Shown piece by piece: positions 61,301 through 64,000 of a stretch of DNA of 64,000 bases (position 1 is its first letter; every line of letters starts with the position of its first letter). Made by a program: the position numbers and the translations under genes. Origin of the DNA: Amoebophrya sp. A120 (Eukaryota > Protista > Dinoflagellata). The notes under the pieces are model-generated. The model did not search any database, was not told the DNA's origin, and saw only the letters and a program-made list of their open reading frames with translations. The stretch spans positions 107,235 to 171,234 of the forward strand of contig CAJINV010000028.1 in NCBI GenBank assembly GCA_905178155.1, given 5' to 3'.

Positions 61301-64000
61301 CGAACCGGTCGAAGGAGAAATCCACATGAAGTGCCGCAGTCGGTTGTTGCGATGAAAACTAATCCCGCTCGCACACAATTGCATTTTTGTATAGAGGAAT
61401 CTAGTACGCTGACGATCCCGACGGCTGTTCCTATGTTGATGTATGATACCTATCAAATATACCAAGAAATTATAGTTGCTGTTGCGCAGCGCGAGGCGAG
61501 TTTTCATCACTATATGGGTGGGAAAAGCCGAAAAAACGGTATACAGCGACCTAGTGCAGCTGAGCCCGTGTCCGGCAGCGTCGCAGTGCTGGACAAATTG
61601 GCCACTTCGATGAAGAAAACCCTGATGTCTCGCAGATGCAGCAGTGTGTTTGTCGACTGCAAACTCTTCAGCAGCACTAGTTGAAATAGCATGTCTGAAA
61701 GTACGCGCGCATTCGAGTCCTCAAAGTGCGCAGCAGTTTCGTCAAAGAAGACGTCGTTGACCTGCAAGTGCAGACAGCAAGGAATCCCGGAGTTGTCTTT
61801 CCGCAGCACTCTGCCCTGCTGAGCGCAGAGACTGCGGTGTAGTTCTGCGATCACCGTTTCGAGCGCGTCCTTACCTGACATAGGCCCTCCAATCCGCACG
61901 TCGATCGGGTACAAGCCGCGGCGTCGAGCTTCCTTCTGGATGAACTCGGTCTTTCCGCAGCCCGGAAACGCAGAAGTGACTACGTGCACTTCGGTATCGC
62001 AAATGCGTGTCAAAGCGGAGGAGAGCTCCTGTAGCGGCAGTAGTGGGCCAACGGCAGGAGCACCGTGCAAAAGAAGTTCCTCTGGTGCTCGTCCTCTTCC
62101 CGTCGCATAGTGCTGTCGCATCGTATCCACTTCGAGAAGAGGCGTAAACTTGTTTAGCAAGTAGCACGTGGTGACGCCGCGGTGCGGAACCCCTCTTGGT
62201 CCCCCTGTGGCTAAGGACGCTCTGGTAGTGCTCGGTCTCATTCGAGATTGCAGGAGGCGTCGTCCCCCGAAATACTTGTGGGGCCAGACCGCACTGCTAT
62301 CTCCAGCCGCGCCAGTACTTGTGTTTCCGCGATGCTCCGCTACTGCGACCACGAGCAAATACGTTTCTGCGGAGGCTCCGGTGGCGGCAACGGCGTCATG
62401 TGCGTTGCCAGACGGCGCAAATTCGGCCACAAAGCGGATCTGCAGATCATAGTCGAGTTGCTCAGCGTTCACAAGACAAAACAGACTTTTGTCGGGACTC
62501 TCGCTTTGATACCTTGCCAGAAAGGCCTGAACCTGTTCCCAAGTCGTTGTCTGACTACAAAACAGCACTTGGTGCGGGTCAGGGCGAATTTGAAGGGCAG
62601 CGTGGCTCCAGATAATTGCCGGAAGAATGTCCTGAGGCCGTCGTAAACGAGAAAGATGCGGGCCTCAGTTACTTGCGACCAAGTACAGCGACAACTCTTT
62701 CTTTTCAGAAAGTCATGATCTTCGTATCTAGATGTACTTACATTCAGGAAAGCGGAGATCATAGTGATTTCGAGCAGGCTCAAGTTATCGTATATAAAGG
62801 CACTGTGATTAAACGTATCTGTATGTACATACTTCCCTTCATCTTCTTGTTCTTCCTAACCACACAGCTAGCACACTTTTTTTTTGATAAAGATGTGGTC
62901 GCTAGAAAAAATGCGTAGCGTCGCCGTGAGCTATGTCTTTATAAAGTTTTTTTTGGGCGGTTGACAGCATGATCCTGCGCGCACTCCTATGCGAACATTC
63001 GCTTTCTTTCGACGTCTGGCTATTATAGTATAGCAACATGTAATCTAAATCTGAGAGGCCCAGCAACTTAAACTTTGATAGCGATCGCGCGACACACATT
63101 AGCAAAGGAGGAACCTCCCGCCGAACTGCAAGCTTTCCGTCCGTTTGCACTTGTGATTCGACTTGGCTGCCACCATAGTACAGATCGCGTTTGCGATGCT
63201 CACGCGTTGCCTCCACATAGCCTTGCCACACTTTCAGAGTCGTTGCGTCTACTAGAGCTAAATCCAGCCCATGCTCGGAGGGAAGACGCAGGCTTTTTGC
63301 AGCACCAGACCCCTGGACGCGCATTGAAACCGTGGTGGCAACCGCAGAGTAGAAAGACGATACACAACGCCCCAGGGCGTCAAGCCAGGCTTCTGCCGTG
63401 GTAGCCTGCTGGAGACGTCCCACACCGCCGTCGTGTACTGCACTCGCCCAACCAGTTTCCAATGCTGACTCCGAGAAGTTGGTCTGGAAAAGGAACCGCA
63501 ACATATCGGACACTTCTTGCCCAACGTGATCGTTCGTCGTGAAAAAGTTTTCGACGACCCAAAGTTGCTGGCCAACGACGCGCGTAAGGATTCCATGCTT
63601 GCGCTGCGCGGCAGCAAGTGCGACCTGCCACTCCTCAGCATCCTTTGCAACCGCGGCAAGAAAATTTCCCAGGTCCCCGGAGGAGCTGAAGCCGACTTCG
63701 CGTTCGACCTTGTTTTTTTCCTTTTGAAGCAGCAGTGCGCTACTACTAGTACTCGTGCTGTCTTTGCTGCTCCGGACGCGATATTGGAAGTGTCCAGCGC
63801 GGCGGATCGCTGCCAGTAGGCCCCGTAGCTCGAACACCTGGTCCGATTGCTCGTGGAACACGCGAAGCAGCTCGACAAGTGTCTCTCGTTCCCGAACCGC
63901 TTCTTCCTTGCGCTTACTGTCCTGAGCCAGGTTCTGCCGACTGGAGGGCGTGCTGCAAGAAGCTTTTCTTACGTCAGAACGGCTGTCCAGCATCCTTGCT
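46337..64000 (-). CDS. RNF213: RNF213 (mysterin)-like giant dynein-type AAA+ ATPase, 5' end outside the window
   Basis: Collinear RNF213-type motifs: VLFCS..TTWEQV..FL, VVTSAFPGCGKT, YVVTPDNFLKM, GETGCGKT, VFLDEINT, AAANPYR, LVYSVHPLP, VSLRDIKR, LAENI, GKPGMSKS, SYQGS, FDEIGLAE.SPNNPLKVLH, LDAAKMSRG, FHGLRDFY, VHPKFRC, AFLNRAEKH, YLPGMPE, FPLLRYFL. ORFs 62902..63993, 61510..62568, 57687..61325, 52039..57258, 47043..51887, 46337..46621. Confidence 0.92.
46631..47139. other. Possible degenerate TAT..ATA non-canonical intron in the RNF213-like gene
   Basis: TATG at both ends. Removing element + 5 joins RLHLS|RVELCPQ in frame. TIR and repeat are weak. Confidence 0.45.
50100..50825 (-). other. 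BMT5/DUF2431-like class I SAM-dependent methyltransferase domain within the RNF213-like ORF
   Basis: LIVEIGAGNFTFA, YVATSKETRAELLGRY, DILLFNMPF, LMRAFFALARRIV, GKVVFTL, YPFKQLDYPEY. Confidence 0.8.
57317..57697. other. Non-canonical intron with subterminal inverted repeat in the RNF213-like gene
   Basis: GAGCACTGTGG / CCACAGTTTGCTC inverted repeat and right end ..TTGATA. Removing element + 5 joins LNMNYER|SSDAELRCRIAL..VHPKFRC in frame. Confidence 0.6.

Noticed and set aside
61330-63085. Remaining RNF213-like introns (about 61330-61514, 62645-63080, also about 51.8-52.15 kb) as members of the TAT..ATA system
   Set aside because: Each has one TAT-type end, but I found no consistent partner end with a frame-restoring repeat. 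Boundaries are left unresolved.

Overview
Eukaryotic (protist) genomic DNA. Every gene I can support lies on the minus strand. Recognisable products are: an ASCH-domain protein (about 1.2-8.2 kb), a TatD-family DNase (29.9-32.0 kb), an RRM protein (32.2-32.9 kb), and the 3' 17.7 kb of a giant RNF213/mysterin-like AAA+ ATPase gene. That ATPase has a BMT5/DUF2431-like SAM-methyltransferase domain inserted in its C-terminal region. The dominant feature is a set of at least 21 short insertions (most 147-310 bp) from about 5 families with unrelated interiors. They share one terminal grammar: a 5-bp direct repeat, then TAT-N4-TGCAAA ... TTTGCA-N4-ATA, then the 5-bp direct repeat again. They interrupt coding exons, mostly lack GT-AG ends, and occur in both orientations in the same gene. 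Removing the element plus one direct-repeat copy restores the frame and conserved motifs (ASCH RFRNGY, TatD WGECGLDY). This resembles the non-canonical 'introner' introns described in Amoebophrya (Syndiniales); the taxon is my inference. One element carries a nested cargo of about 1 kb (a Helitron-like repeat plus a fold-back array). I found no transposase or recombinase gene. All gene models were assembled by hand and need transcript confirmation.
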